In this document: positions 41,567 through 51,830 of the stretch, in pieces
How positions within the stretch are numbered: position 1 is the stretch's first letter
Layout: every line of letters starts with the position of its first letter
NCBI GenBank assembly: GCA_965207065.1
Contig: OZ242260.1
Span: forward strand, 896,001-960,000
Source of the DNA: a bacterium
GTDB lineage: Bacteria > UBA8248
Reading direction: 5' to 3'
Length of the DNA: 64,000 nucleotides
The notes under the pieces: model-generated
What the model was told of the DNA's origin: nothing
The model's input: only the letters and a program-made list of their open reading frames with translations
Database searches by the model: none
Program-made: the position numbers and the translations under genes

Positions 41567-41758
41567 GTGGATCATTCAAAACTCAATCTTCAGGAACTCG
41601 AAGGCATCAGACTCCTCAGGAAGCGGATTTCAACAGCCAAGATTCCCAGTTCATCACTAGATGAGACCATGAATATTTGTACTTGGAACATAAGACATTG
41701 GGGACAAAAACGGCGGATGCGATTTTCGCGCATCGTGGGGCATCCCAGGTCTCGCTGA
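41567..41758 (+). pseudogene. N-terminal fragment of an endonuclease/exonuclease/phosphatase-family gene
   Basis: KIPSSSLDETMNICTWNIRHWG motif, then truncation. Confidence 0.55.
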
Positions 41759-41969
41759 ATAAACGGGCTGTTTACAAACTCATTTCAGCAGGAATGCACC
41801 GCCTTATTCAATTCAGTCGTACACCAGATCCGACAGCAACTCATTGAGACATACACGGATTTCAGGAGAGAGAATGCCGGGGCTAATCAACTCACTACCG
41901 CTAATACGGCGCACTTTTCTAGGTATGGGGATTTATTCCAAAGGAACAACCAGCCAGTCAGGGAACTGT

Positions 41970-42467
41970 TTACTGACTAATTTTCCATGTCATTGATTTA
42001 TAACATAAATTGCCCATTTGATATTTGAATCTCAGGAATGCTTTCTCATTTCCCAATAAATCGGCATTTGTGTAAGCCTTGGCGCATATAGCTCTAATAT
42101 TTCGTTGATCTTCAGATGCATCATTCCTATATTTTGAAGCAAGTGAATAACTGACAATCAATGAAATCGAGAGTGCTGCAGCTCCAAACGATGCTATAAG
42201 TCCCTTCGAGCTATCAACTCCAAACAAGTATATCGCAACTCCTCCGAGCAATCCCAAAAACGCAGGTATAATGTCTCCTACCGCCGCTGTTCGGCTCATT
42301 CCCCCTGCAATACCGGCAGAAGCTCCGACCAAGGCAAGCGCACTAAGCATTACGATAATGATTCTCCACTTTTCTTTCTCAACAACTAAGGAAATCACAA
42401 ATGGCAACAGCGCACCTAATAATGCTGCTAATACAAACCGCCAAGCAATTTCATAATAGAAATTCAT
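41970..42467 (-). CDS. Low-GC hypothetical membrane protein
   Basis: Four hydrophobic segments; overlaps the upstream ORF (ATGA). Confidence 0.7.
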   Translation of the reverse strand: MNFYYEIAWRFVLAALLGALLPFVISLVVEKEKWRIIIVMLSALALVGASAGIAGGMSRTAAVGDIIPAFLGLLGGVAIYLFGVDSSKGLIASFGAAALSISLIVSYSLASKYRNDASEDQRNIRAICAKAYTNADLLGNEKAFLRFKYQMGNLCYKSMTWKISQ

Positions 42468-42910
42468 TTCAAAAATAACCTCCCAGGAAGAATTATATAT
42501 TCATATTGGATCCCATCTCTCTCAAAATCATAAGGGAACAAGTATAGTATTTCGTTTGACATATTTTTCCCGTAATCACGAAAAATTTTCTTTATGCGAT
42601 TGGTTAGAGGTGGGGCGTCAAGCAATATTCTTATCTCACTTTTTCTTCCCAAAATTTGGAAAGGTTTTTGCCATTGCGAAATGTCGAACCGGGGCTTCAC
42701 AACAATATAGAACGGCGCCACTGGAGGTGTCGGCGGATTCCCCGGCTGAGGTTTAGGGATTGGACCAGGACCAACACAATAGAATAGCGGTGACGGACAT
42801 TTTGGCTTGGGGAGTTTCTTATTAAATTTCAATTCTTGCGCGGTAACACTGCTAAGAAACAATATACTACTAGCTATGACTATTAGAGTCACATGACATG
42901 TTCGCGACAA
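42464..42910 (-). CDS. Low-GC hypothetical exported Pro-rich protein
   Basis: Signal-peptide-like N-terminus, Pro-rich segment; RBS AAGGAG. Confidence 0.65.
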   Translation of the reverse strand: MSRTCHVTLIVIASSILFLSSVTAQELKFNKKLPKPKCPSPLFYCVGPGPIPKPQPGNPPTPPVAPFYIVVKPRFDISQWQKPFQILGRKSEIRILLDAPPLTNRIKKIFRDYGKNMSNEILYLFPYDFERDGIQYEYIILPGRLFLK

Positions 42911-43813
42911 AATTTAACTCCTTCACTATAGTAACTGAATAGTGAAGCCACTTTCAGAACTTGGTCAAGTCCTGTAGATAGAACCACCGTATCATTTAGG
43001 CGGTAGCCTTGTTGTATGACTTCGCGGAGAAGAGCCTCATTATTACCTTTGCCGAGAACCTCACCGGTCAAGTCCTGTAGATGCTGGATAATTTCTTTTG
43101 GCGCATATTGGCTGAGGGCTTGGCCGGGTAGGCGGGGGCATTGGTAACCATTCGTTCGTGAGGTGATAGAGCGGACCGCAGGCTCTCTCCCGAGTGAGTG
43201 TGAACGACGCGGACCAATGTCTCCCACGGTCTGTGAGGATGCAGCTGATTCAACGGGACCACCTGCATATCCTGCCACTGCCGAAGTGGTGAGGCACAGC
43301 GCTGGTCCGACTCGTTTCGGACAATACTTTATGCAGGCACTGGTTTTGGCACGGCCATCATCCTCCCGCCGAACGGTTACGGGCATTGGGGCATTGCTGT
43401 GCCCCGCCTACTCCCGGGCGCGCAGACGTTGTAATGAATCCGCTTTCGGCTTGATTACAGATTCCGCCGGGCCGATTCGGGGTCGGTGCGGGATCGGTTC
43501 GAGAACAGTCCAGAAAATGATTATACTGCAATAATATCAATGGAATAGGGGATTCTTTGCACTGAAGGGAAAAAAGCGAAAAGGCTCGCTATCCACGGGT
43601 TTCTGGATATATCGATAAATATAGATAAATTCACGGGGTATTTCGATAAATTTCAGGAAATTAATTTCTTTGGGAAAGGGCGCAGCTTCGGCAGCGCAGG
43701 AGAATCATGCCATGGCCCGCGCTTCGCGCGATGACGGCAAATGCGCGCAAATGCGGGGAGTCGCCTCCCCGCCCGGGGCGTCCGCCCGGCGAATGCGCGC
43801 CCAGCCGCGTTCC

Positions 43814-44041
43814 CTAGGGTCCGGGATAGGCCTCGGGCGGCTTCGGGTCGTCGCTCGATCTCCTTGATTTTACTCGCTTTCTGTTGACGAGCGGATCATC
43901 CTTGAGACGCGCGATTGGGTCTTCCTCATCATCCCCGCGCCCGTAGGCGTTGCCCTTCTCGAAGGCGAGCCTGCCGAACAGGCGGTTCAGGTTGTTGCGT
44001 GCGACCTCTTCGTCTTCGGCGTCATTGCGAGGTTTCTTCAT
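43814..44041 (-). CDS. Small hypothetical protein
   Basis: 75-aa ORF with GGGGAG upstream, co-oriented with the neighbouring operon. Confidence 0.5.
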   Translation of the reverse strand: MKKPRNDAEDEEVARNNLNRLFGRLAFEKGNAYGRGDDEEDPIARLKDDPLVNRKRVKSRRSSDDPKPPEAYPGP

Positions 44042-44080
44042 GGTCTCTCTCCCCCTTGTTTCGCAAGCAAAGTCAATAGT

Positions 44081-45187
44081 TTACACGATTCGCCACCGCT
44101 CGCCCACCGCCATGACCCTGACGCGGGCGGCGTCCGCGCCCGTCCCGGCCATGTGCTCCCTGAGCACCCGGGGCGGGTGGTCGAGCGGCTCGTCCGTCAG
44201 GTCGAACGTACCCCAGTGCATGGGGATCATCCAGCGCGCGCCCAGTTCTTTGAACGCCCGGAGCCCCTCGGCGGGATTCATGTGGGAATAGCGCATCATC
44301 CACCGGGGCTCAAAGGCGCCGATGGGGAGCATCGCCACGTCGATGGGGCCGAACTTGCGGCCAAACTCCCTAAACCCTTGAAAATAGCCGCTGTCGCCGC
44401 CGTGGAAATACTTGCGCGCGCCGGTTTCGACCAGCCAGGAACACCAGAGCGTGGAGTCCCGCGCCATGCCGAAGCGGTTCGACCAGTGCTGCGCGGGCAG
44501 GCAGGTGAGGCGCACGCCGCCCTGCTCCGCGCTCCGCCACCAGTCGAGCTCCACGGCGCGCCGGCCCAGTGATTCCACGAATGCGCCCAGCCCCACCGGC
44601 ACGAACCACGTGACGTCTTCGGGGAGGTTCTCTATCGTCCACGAATCGAGGTGATCGTAATGGTTGTGGGAAATCGTCGCCACGGCGCCCTTGGGAATCG
44701 AAGCCGCAGGCACGCCCGGCGGCTGATGGCGCCCATGCCAGAAAGCCCCCGCGCCAAAATGCGGGTCCATCAGGACGACGTCCGGGCCGTCCTGGATGAT
44801 GAAGCCGCAATGCCCGATTGAGGTGATCGAGGGTTCGCTCTGCGGTTTCGCCAGATACGCGCCATCGTTGGAAACGACTGGAACTTCTGGCGTTCTGGCG
44901 TTTTTAACTTCCGCGAACTCATTGCGGTACAGGAATTTCCATTTGTACAGATTGACCCGTGAACCCGGATTCGGCCACCAGGGGTTGAACCACCTCCCCG
45001 GCTCGCCATGCGGCCAGTAGAGGGATTCCGCCTCGCGCGAGACGAGGCCTTGCGCTTCGGGGGGCGGCGCCGTCGGCCCCTTGATGCCCAGACCCATCTT
45101 CGCGCACCCTCCCGCCAGACCCATTGCGCCGAGGCCCACGAGACCGGCGCGCTTGAGAAATTTCCGTCTTCCGATTTTCGGTTTCAT
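44081..45187 (-). CDS. MBL-fold metallo-hydrolase (NAPE-PLD/RomA-like) with Tat signal
   Basis: RRKFLK Tat motif, SHNHYDHLD, PAQHWS, GDSGY, PMHWGTF. Confidence 0.88.
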   Translation of the reverse strand: MKPKIGRRKFLKRAGLVGLGAMGLAGGCAKMGLGIKGPTAPPPEAQGLVSREAESLYWPHGEPGRWFNPWWPNPGSRVNLYKWKFLYRNEFAEVKNARTPEVPVVSNDGAYLAKPQSEPSITSIGHCGFIIQDGPDVVLMDPHFGAGAFWHGRHQPPGVPAASIPKGAVATISHNHYDHLDSWTIENLPEDVTWFVPVGLGAFVESLGRRAVELDWWRSAEQGGVRLTCLPAQHWSNRFGMARDSTLWCSWLVETGARKYFHGGDSGYFQGFREFGRKFGPIDVAMLPIGAFEPRWMMRYSHMNPAEGLRAFKELGARWMIPMHWGTFDLTDEPLDHPPRVLREHMAGTGADAARVRVMAVGERWRIV

Positions 45188-45239
45188 CGCAACCCACGCG
45201 GCGGCGGCTCAGAGCATCCCATTCCCCGGGGAAGAAAAA

Positions 45240-46118
45240 TTATCCAAGAGACGTGTACCACCCCGCAATCGCCCGGCCCATATCATCGGGCGAGTCCTCA
45301 TGGCAGTAGTGAAGCCCGGCCACCGTCACCTCCTCCACGTTCGGCCAGCTGCGAATCATCCTGCGGTGCTCTCCCACGAGCACGGCGCCTGGATCTGAAT
45401 TGATGAACAGTTTCGGCACCGGATGACGTTCGAGCCAGGCATTGTTTCGCTCAATGATTTCAAGAACATCTGCGGGTTCTCCCTCGATGGGTATCTCGCG
45501 CGGCCAGGTGAGCGTGGGCCTTCTGTCCTCGCCGGGATTGCGGTAGGGCCTCCGGTACTCGTCATGGATATCCTGAGAAACCTCGCGGATGACCATGGCG
45601 GGCAGAATCTTCTCCACGAAGAAGTTCTGCTCCAGGACGAGTTCCTCGCCCTCCTCGCTCCTGAACCTCCTGAAAAGCGCCTGTACATCCGGCGGCCAGT
45701 GACTCCACTCGAAATTGCCGAGGACGCCCTGGCAGATCACGACGCCCTTGAGCGCATCCTGTCTCCCTGACGCCCATGTGAAGCCCAGTTGCGCACCCCA
45801 GTCGTGCGTCACGATGGTGACGTTCTCCGTGACCCCCAGCGCATCCATCAGCGCGTTCGTATAGGGCTGGTGATCGACCAGGCGATAGTTGGAGCCGGAG
45901 AGTTTTTCGGAATCGCCCTGGCCGATGTTGTCTATCGCGATGCAGCGGCCCAGCCCCTCGACGTGGGGGATCACGTTGCGCCACATGTAGGAGGAAGTGA
46001 TGTTGCCGTGAAAAAAGACGATGGGATCCCCCTCGCCCGCCTCCACGTAGGCCATCTTCCTGCCGAGAACTTCAGCGAATCTTTTCTCATACCTCATGCG
46101 AGGCTCTATCAGCGTCAT
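45240..46118 (-). CDS. Haloalkane dehalogenase
   Basis: FHGNITSSYMWRN, HDWG nucleophile, RPTLTWPREIP, GLHYCHEDSP. Confidence 0.9.
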   Translation of the reverse strand: MTLIEPRMRYEKRFAEVLGRKMAYVEAGEGDPIVFFHGNITSSYMWRNVIPHVEGLGRCIAIDNIGQGDSEKLSGSNYRLVDHQPYTNALMDALGVTENVTIVTHDWGAQLGFTWASGRQDALKGVVICQGVLGNFEWSHWPPDVQALFRRFRSEEGEELVLEQNFFVEKILPAMVIREVSQDIHDEYRRPYRNPGEDRRPTLTWPREIPIEGEPADVLEIIERNNAWLERHPVPKLFINSDPGAVLVGEHRRMIRSWPNVEEVTVAGLHYCHEDSPDDMGRAIAGWYTSLG

Positions 46119-46139
46119 CCCGTCCCTTTCAAAGCATCT

Positions 46140-47186
46140 CTATTCGTCCACGCGCAAGACCAGCTTGCCGCGTACATGGCCCCCTTCCAGGAGCGTGTGG
46201 GCGGCGGCGATGTTCCCGGCGTTCATGACTCCCATATCGGTGATTTCGGGCGCCTTGATCTCGCCCGCCTCCACCCAGTCGCGGATTTCTTCGAGCGCCT
46301 TCTTGTAGACGCCGTAATAGGCAGGGCCGCCCCCGCGTACGGGCGCGCGCAGGAAGGTGCCGTGAAACGAAGCCGATTTGGTGAACAAAGGGCCTTCCTG
46401 GGATGAGAAAAACTCGTCGATGGGCGCACCCGGTTCGGGCGCGATGGAGGAAATTCGCCCCCAGTAGTCCACCACTTCGCAGCAGAGTTTCTTCATCTCG
46501 CGGCCCACGAAATCGAACGTGGCCGGAAAAAGACGGCCCCCGTTCATCTCCACCGCCCGCCGCGCCAGTTCATCAAGCGATAGCCCCGAATACCTCAAAA
46601 CGGCGACAGGGACGGGAGCGATTAAACCCTCGATGTACTTTGCGCTCTCATCGCTTCCCGCCGTCACGACGATGGGTGATGCGCCGATGCGCGCCAGCAT
46701 CTGAAGTCCCATGGTTCCCACGCCGCCCGAGCCGCCCGCCACGAAAACCGCTTCACCCGGCTCCACCCGCGCCTTCATGATCACCGCCTCATGGGCGGTC
46801 AGGGATACGAGCGGCAAAGCGGCCGCCTGCTCGAAAGTGGCGTTTTGGGGCTTTTTCACGACGAACGCCTGATGGATGCACACGAACTCCGCGTACCCAT
46901 CCCCGCCGCTGTCGCCGAACCTCGGGAGATAGGCCATCACCTCATCGCCGCGGGAGAACTCAGTCACTTCCCCGCCCACAGATTCGACTACGCCCGCGGT
47001 ATCCCTGCCCAGAATGATGGGAACCGCGCCCTGGTTTCCGCCCCGTCTGGCCTTGAAATCGGTCGGGTTCACGGATACCGCCTTCGCCCGGATCTTCACC
47101 TGATCAGCATCGGGCTCTCTCTCGGGCCAATCGGCATCCTCGAAATTCTCCACACCGCCAAAATCAGTAAGTACGACTGCTCGCAT
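46140..47186 (-). CDS. MDR-family NAD(P)-dependent (quinone) oxidoreductase
   Basis: SVNPTD, GRDTAGVV, GGSGGVG, GHVRGKLV. Confidence 0.88.
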   Translation of the reverse strand: MRAVVLTDFGGVENFEDADWPEREPDADQVKIRAKAVSVNPTDFKARRGGNQGAVPIILGRDTAGVVESVGGEVTEFSRGDEVMAYLPRFGDSGGDGYAEFVCIHQAFVVKKPQNATFEQAAALPLVSLTAHEAVIMKARVEPGEAVFVAGGSGGVGTMGLQMLARIGASPIVVTAGSDESAKYIEGLIAPVPVAVLRYSGLSLDELARRAVEMNGGRLFPATFDFVGREMKKLCCEVVDYWGRISSIAPEPGAPIDEFFSSQEGPLFTKSASFHGTFLRAPVRGGGPAYYGVYKKALEEIRDWVEAGEIKAPEITDMGVMNAGNIAAAHTLLEGGHVRGKLVLRVDE

Positions 47187-47197
47187 TTTACCCTCCG

Positions 47198-47989
47198 CTA
47201 TACCATCCAGGCCCCGCCTGCGACGACCATTCCCTGTCCCGTGACGTTACGGCTCTCATCGCTCGCGAGATAGACCGCCATGTGGCCCACGTCGTCCGGC
47301 GTCTGCTCGCGCTCCAGTGGAACCGTCGCCGCGACGTATTCGTCGAACACCTGCCTCGCGGGCCTGTCCGTCGCCGCGCCGATGATGACGCCGAGGTCCT
47401 TTTCCCAGATGTTCGTCCACAAAAGGCCCGGGTTGATCGCGTTCACGTTCACGTTGTAGGCGGCCATCTCCCTGGCGAGGCTCATGGTGAAGTTCATGCA
47501 CGCCGCCTTGGACGCGGAATAATGCGGAATGTTCGCGTTCGCGCGCCTTGCGGCGAGCGAGGCCAGGTTGATGATCTTACCGTATCTGCGTTCACGCATG
47601 TGCGGAGCTAGCGCCCGGCACATCAGGAACACGCCCGTCGCGTTGACCTCGAAAACGGCGTTCCACTCCTCGAGCGTTATCTGGTCGATGGGGTTTGCCA
47701 CGAGCGCGGCTCCCCTGCCGTGGCAATTCACCAGAATGTCGATATGGCCCATCCGCTCGATGGCCGTCCGCACAATGTTCTCGGCTTCAGCCTCTCTCGC
47801 CACGTCCGCCGTCAGGGCGAAATGCGCCCCTTCACCCGCATCATCGAGTCCTCTTCTGGATACCTCGTCGCTCAAGTCGACCACGCAAACTTGGGCGCCC
47901 TCCCGGGAAAAAGAGCGGACGATGGCCCGGCCGATTCCACCGCCCCCGCCCGTTACGACCGCCTTTTTCCCCTCCAGGCGCATTCGCAT
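47198..47989 (-). CDS. SDR oxidoreductase (paralog 1)
   Basis: TGGGGGIG, YSASK, NAINPG. Confidence 0.92.
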   Translation of the reverse strand: MRMRLEGKKAVVTGGGGGIGRAIVRSFSREGAQVCVVDLSDEVSRRGLDDAGEGAHFALTADVAREAEAENIVRTAIERMGHIDILVNCHGRGAALVANPIDQITLEEWNAVFEVNATGVFLMCRALAPHMRERRYGKIINLASLAARRANANIPHYSASKAACMNFTMSLAREMAAYNVNVNAINPGLLWTNIWEKDLGVIIGAATDRPARQVFDEYVAATVPLEREQTPDDVGHMAVYLASDESRNVTGQGMVVAGGAWMV

Positions 47990-48066
47990 TTCCCTTTCAC
48001 AAAAAGCCCCGACTCATTGCACCGGATAAAAACCACCAAGCATGATTCGAGGGGAAAAGAATTCCA

Positions 48067-48852
48067 CTAGACCATCCAGGCGCCACCTGCGAGGAGCAAA
48101 CCCTGTCCCGTGACGTTTTGGCTCTCATCGCTCGCGAGATAGACAGCCATATGGCCTACATCGTCAGGGGTCTGCTCGCGTCCCAGTGGGACCGCCGCCT
48201 CGACGAATTCGTCGAACACGCGCCGGGGGGGTCTGTCCGTCTCCGCTCCGATGATGACGCCGTGGCCCTTCTCCCAGAGGTTCGTCCACAAAAGACCCGG
48301 GTTGATGGCGTTCACGTTTACGTTGTAGGGGGCCATTTCCTTGGCGAGGCTCATGGTGAAGTTCATGCAGGCCGCCTTGGACGCGCAATAGTGCGGCACG
48401 TTCTCGTTCGCGCGCCTTGCGGCGAGCGAGGCCAGGTTGATGATTTTCCCGTACTTTCGCTCGCGCATATGGGAGGCGATGGCCCGGCACATCAGGAACA
48501 CGCCCGTTGCGTTCACGTTGAAAACGGCGTTCCACTCCTCGAGCGTGATGTTATCAATCGGGTTTCCCATGAGTGCCGACGCCCTGCCGTGGCAATTCAC
48601 GAGTATGTCGATATGCCCCATGCGCTCGATGGCCGTGCTGACGATGTTCTCGGCGTCTGCCTCGCTCGTCACGTCCGCCGCTAGTGCGAAATGTTCACCC
48701 TCACCGGCGTCATCAAGCCCTTGCCGGGTTACTTCCTCGTTAACGTCGACCACGCAAATCCGCGCACCCTCACGGGTGAAAGCGCGAATAATACCCCGAC
48801 CGATTCCGCCGCCGCCGCCAGTGACGACCGCTGTTTTTCCTTCCAGACGCAT
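48067..48852 (-). CDS. SDR oxidoreductase (paralog 2)
   Basis: TGGGGGIG, YCASK; start MRLEGK at 48852. Confidence 0.92.
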   Translation of the reverse strand: MRLEGKTAVVTGGGGGIGRGIIRAFTREGARICVVDVNEEVTRQGLDDAGEGEHFALAADVTSEADAENIVSTAIERMGHIDILVNCHGRASALMGNPIDNITLEEWNAVFNVNATGVFLMCRAIASHMRERKYGKIINLASLAARRANENVPHYCASKAACMNFTMSLAKEMAPYNVNVNAINPGLLWTNLWEKGHGVIIGAETDRPPRRVFDEFVEAAVPLGREQTPDDVGHMAVYLASDESQNVTGQGLLLAGGAWMV

Positions 48853-49131
48853 TCGACTCCCTCCATGATAGACGCCCCTGCGCATCGCATCGGGCAATTT
48901 CGCTCACTTACCTTTCGAAGCTGAAAAGTGATTCCGTTCTTGAAGCGTGATGTCCGCCGATTCTAGCAAGATTCGAACGGAGTGAGTATCTCTGAAGCCG
49001 AACGCCTGAAACTCATTCTCCGGAGAGTTTCCCCCGCACGGGGAGAATGGTATTCTCCCCCCGTTTCGAATTCCTTTACAGATCAACCGCGGACGTCGCC
49101 AACAAGTCCCTCAAAACAACAGGAGCATGAA

Positions 49132-49566
49132 ATGTCTCTGATCAAAATGGCAAAAGAATCCATCGACATCGGTATCGTGGTGAAAGATCTCGACGTCGCC
49201 GAAAAATTCTACGGCGGTATTTTGGGCCTTCCGATCGTGCGTGAAGTCGAGATTACAGCGGATAAAGCCTCCCGGGCCGGCTGCGCATCAGGCAGGTTCC
49301 AGTTCAAGGCGTTCCAGGCCGGCGAGGTGCAGCTCAAGGTCGTCCAGGCGGATTCAAATCCTCCCGCGGGCGGCGGCATCGTGGACGCATCCACCGGATA
49401 CCGCTACCTGACGTTTACCGTCGAGAGCGTACAGGAAGCGCACGACGCCCTGGCGGCGGCAGGTGTGAAGATGATGGGCGAGATCACCGAGGTTGTGCCG
49501 GGCCGGTTCATCATCTTCTTCCAGGACCCCGACGGAAACATGCTGGAGTGCGTTGGCCCCAGATAA
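49132..49566 (+). CDS. VOC/glyoxalase family protein
   Basis: IGIVVKDLD..EKFY..ILGL, FFQDPDGNMLE; RBS AGGAG. Confidence 0.88.
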   Translation: MSLIKMAKESIDIGIVVKDLDVAEKFYGGILGLPIVREVEITADKASRAGCASGRFQFKAFQAGEVQLKVVQADSNPPAGGGIVDASTGYRYLTFTVESVQEAHDALAAAGVKMMGEITEVVPGRFIIFFQDPDGNMLECVGPR

Positions 49567-49654
49567 GTATTGGTTGAGCGGGCATTCCGCCCACTTTGAA
49601 AACGACGCAGGCGCACTCTGAACAAATGCCCTGCCGCGTAGCCGGAGTATCGAG

Positions 49655-50275
49655 ATGTACGGGTTTCTCCAGGAGTATCTGGTGGAATTCGCCTATGGCG
49701 GGGTGTTTCTCGTCTTGTTGCTCTGCGGCTTGGGCCTGCCCGTGCCCGAAGACATCCCCATCATCACCTCGGGCTATCTCGTGCATCTGGGCACCATGAG
49801 TTTCTGGCCCGCGCTCACCGTAAACCTTCTCGGCATCATGCTCGGCGACCTGATGATCTACTGTTTCGGCTACTGGATGGGACCCAGGGCGCTCGAGCAT
49901 CGCATGCTACACCGCGTCGTGACGCCGGAGCGTATGGAGAAAGTGCACCGCTTTTTCGAGCGTCACGGGAGAAAGGCCATCTTCTTCGGGCGGTTTGTCG
50001 CTGGCCTGCGCGCGCCGCTGTTTCTCGCGGCGGGGATCACCCGTCTCCCGCTTCGCATATTCTTCGGGATGGACCTGGCCGCGGCGCTTCTGAGCGTGCC
50101 GCTGCTGCTGGCGGCGGCCTGGTATTTCGGGGATCACATCGACGATTTTCGCAGGATGGTGGGAACGGGCAAGGCTGTTTTCATCATCGTCCTGGGAGCC
50201 GTTGCCGTATTGTGGGGTGGAAAATATCTTTGGCGAAAATGGCGGTCGAAAGATTCCAGCCCTGATTCATCGTAA
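49655..50275 (+). CDS. DedA family membrane protein
   Basis: GLPVPED, LGDLMIY, FGRFVAGLR. Confidence 0.92.
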   Translation: MYGFLQEYLVEFAYGGVFLVLLLCGLGLPVPEDIPIITSGYLVHLGTMSFWPALTVNLLGIMLGDLMIYCFGYWMGPRALEHRMLHRVVTPERMEKVHRFFERHGRKAIFFGRFVAGLRAPLFLAAGITRLPLRIFFGMDLAAALLSVPLLLAAAWYFGDHIDDFRRMVGTGKAVFIIVLGAVAVLWGGKYLWRKWRSKDSSPDSS

Positions 50276-51223
50276 GGCTTGCGCGAGCGATAAGGCCCCC
50301 GGCCCGAAAACGGCGCCCGCATCAATTTCATGCGCTCCGCGCGAGTCGATTCTGAGCACGTGCATCCGACACCCGATGCCGTGTGAGTCATAGACCTCGC
50401 GCATCGCGTTGCCCACCCTGCCGGGGTGAGCCCGGCAAATCGCCAGGATGCAAGGCCCCGCGCCACTGATACACGCCCCCAGCGCGCCGGCTTTGTAAGC
50501 CGCCTCGAATACCTCCTCCAGCGGACCCATCAACTCCGCGCGGTAGGGCTGGTGCAGCCTGTCCTGCATGGCTTCGCGGAACAACTCGTCACGTCCTGTG
50601 GCGAACGCCGCCATGAGCGCCCCCACTCTCTGGACGTTGAAGATCGCATCGTCCAGCGAAACCTCTCCGGGCAGTTTTTGTCTCGCGGCATGCGTGCTCA
50701 CCTCGAAGTCGGGGATCACGATCACCCAGCGGTAATCCTCCACCACGGGCATGCGCGTATAGATGGTTTTTCCGTCCGTCGTGGTCGCGGAGATGCAAAA
50801 CCCTCCTATCAGCGCGGGTACGACGTTGTCGGGGTGTCCTTCCATATCCACGGCGATTTGCACGAGTTCGTCCATACTCAACGGATTGCCAAGCAGGATG
50901 TTCGCCCCCACGATCCCCCCCACGATGGCGGCCGAACTGCTCCCCAGCCCGCGCGCCAGTGGTATGTGGTTGCGCTGCTTCATCCACAAGCCGCTGAAGG
51001 GCCGGCCGACCCGATCGAATACACGCTTCACGGCCTGCACGCAGACGTTCGATTCATCCTTCGGGATGACGTCGCGGCCCTCTCCTTCGACTTCCAGCGC
51101 CACACCCCAGGGAAGGATGTCGAGTTCTATGCGATTGTAGATCCTGAGCGCGACGCCCAGGGCGTCGAAACCCGGACCGAGATTCGTCGTACTCGCAGGA
51201 ACCTGCACGCGCACCAAAGCCAA
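50267..51223 (-). CDS. thrB: Homoserine kinase
   Basis: VPASTTNLGPGFD, PLARGLGSS, EGHPDN, DRLHQPYR, ISGAGP. Confidence 0.95.
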   Translation of the reverse strand: MALVRVQVPASTTNLGPGFDALGVALRIYNRIELDILPWGVALEVEGEGRDVIPKDESNVCVQAVKRVFDRVGRPFSGLWMKQRNHIPLARGLGSSSAAIVGGIVGANILLGNPLSMDELVQIAVDMEGHPDNVVPALIGGFCISATTTDGKTIYTRMPVVEDYRWVIVIPDFEVSTHAARQKLPGEVSLDDAIFNVQRVGALMAAFATGRDELFREAMQDRLHQPYRAELMGPLEEVFEAAYKAGALGACISGAGPCILAICRAHPGRVGNAMREVYDSHGIGCRMHVLRIDSRGAHEIDAGAVFGPGALSLAQALR

Positions 51224-51244
51224 GACTATCTCCTCGAAATGATA

Positions 51245-51826
51245 TTAAGCCGAACGAACCTCTGACGAGTGCGCGAAGGCGCAGCCCGCCGCGCGCATTT
51301 CCTCGACCGCGTTTTCACCGTCTTTTGGGTCGACGTTCACGGCGCGAATGGCGTTTTCCAACACGACGACCTCGAACCCCTCGCGTCTGGCGTCAAGCGC
51401 CGTGGCCTTCACGCAATAATCCGTCGCCAGACCGCAAACGAAAAGACGCCCTATCCCTGCTGCCCGCAAATCATCGGCCAGCGAAGTACCGTCAAAACCC
51501 GAATAGGCTTCGGCGGCGCGAGTCGTGGCTTTCGATACCACCATCTCCACATTCCCTGCATTCATTTGCGGATGAAAAGCCGCGCCCGGCGTATCGGCCA
51601 CGCAATGAACGGGCCAGATTCCGCCCTGCGCCTGAAACGAGATGTGATCGGCCGGATGCCAGTCGCGCGTCGCCACCTTCATCCAGCCTGGAATTTCCAG
51701 AAGCGCATTGACCGCTTCGACAATCGCGTCCCCCTCCGAGACGGCGAGCGTTCCACCCGGACAAAAATCCACTTGCAGATCGACGACGATGAGGCCGTCT
51801 GCCGCACCCGGTTTGTATTCAGCCAT
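51245..51826 (-). CDS. pncA: Nicotinamidase/pyrazinamidase
   Basis: VDLQVDF, DWHP, WPVHCV, YSGF, GLATDYCV. Confidence 0.92.
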   Translation of the reverse strand: MAEYKPGAADGLIVVDLQVDFCPGGTLAVSEGDAIVEAVNALLEIPGWMKVATRDWHPADHISFQAQGGIWPVHCVADTPGAAFHPQMNAGNVEMVVSKATTRAAEAYSGFDGTSLADDLRAAGIGRLFVCGLATDYCVKATALDARREGFEVVVLENAIRAVNVDPKDGENAVEEMRAAGCAFAHSSEVRSA

Positions 51827-51830
51827 CGTC

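Noticed and set aside
42889-43386. 165-aa ORF with a VIQQGYRL stretch
   Set aside because: Too little similarity to call; probably a remnant or spurious.
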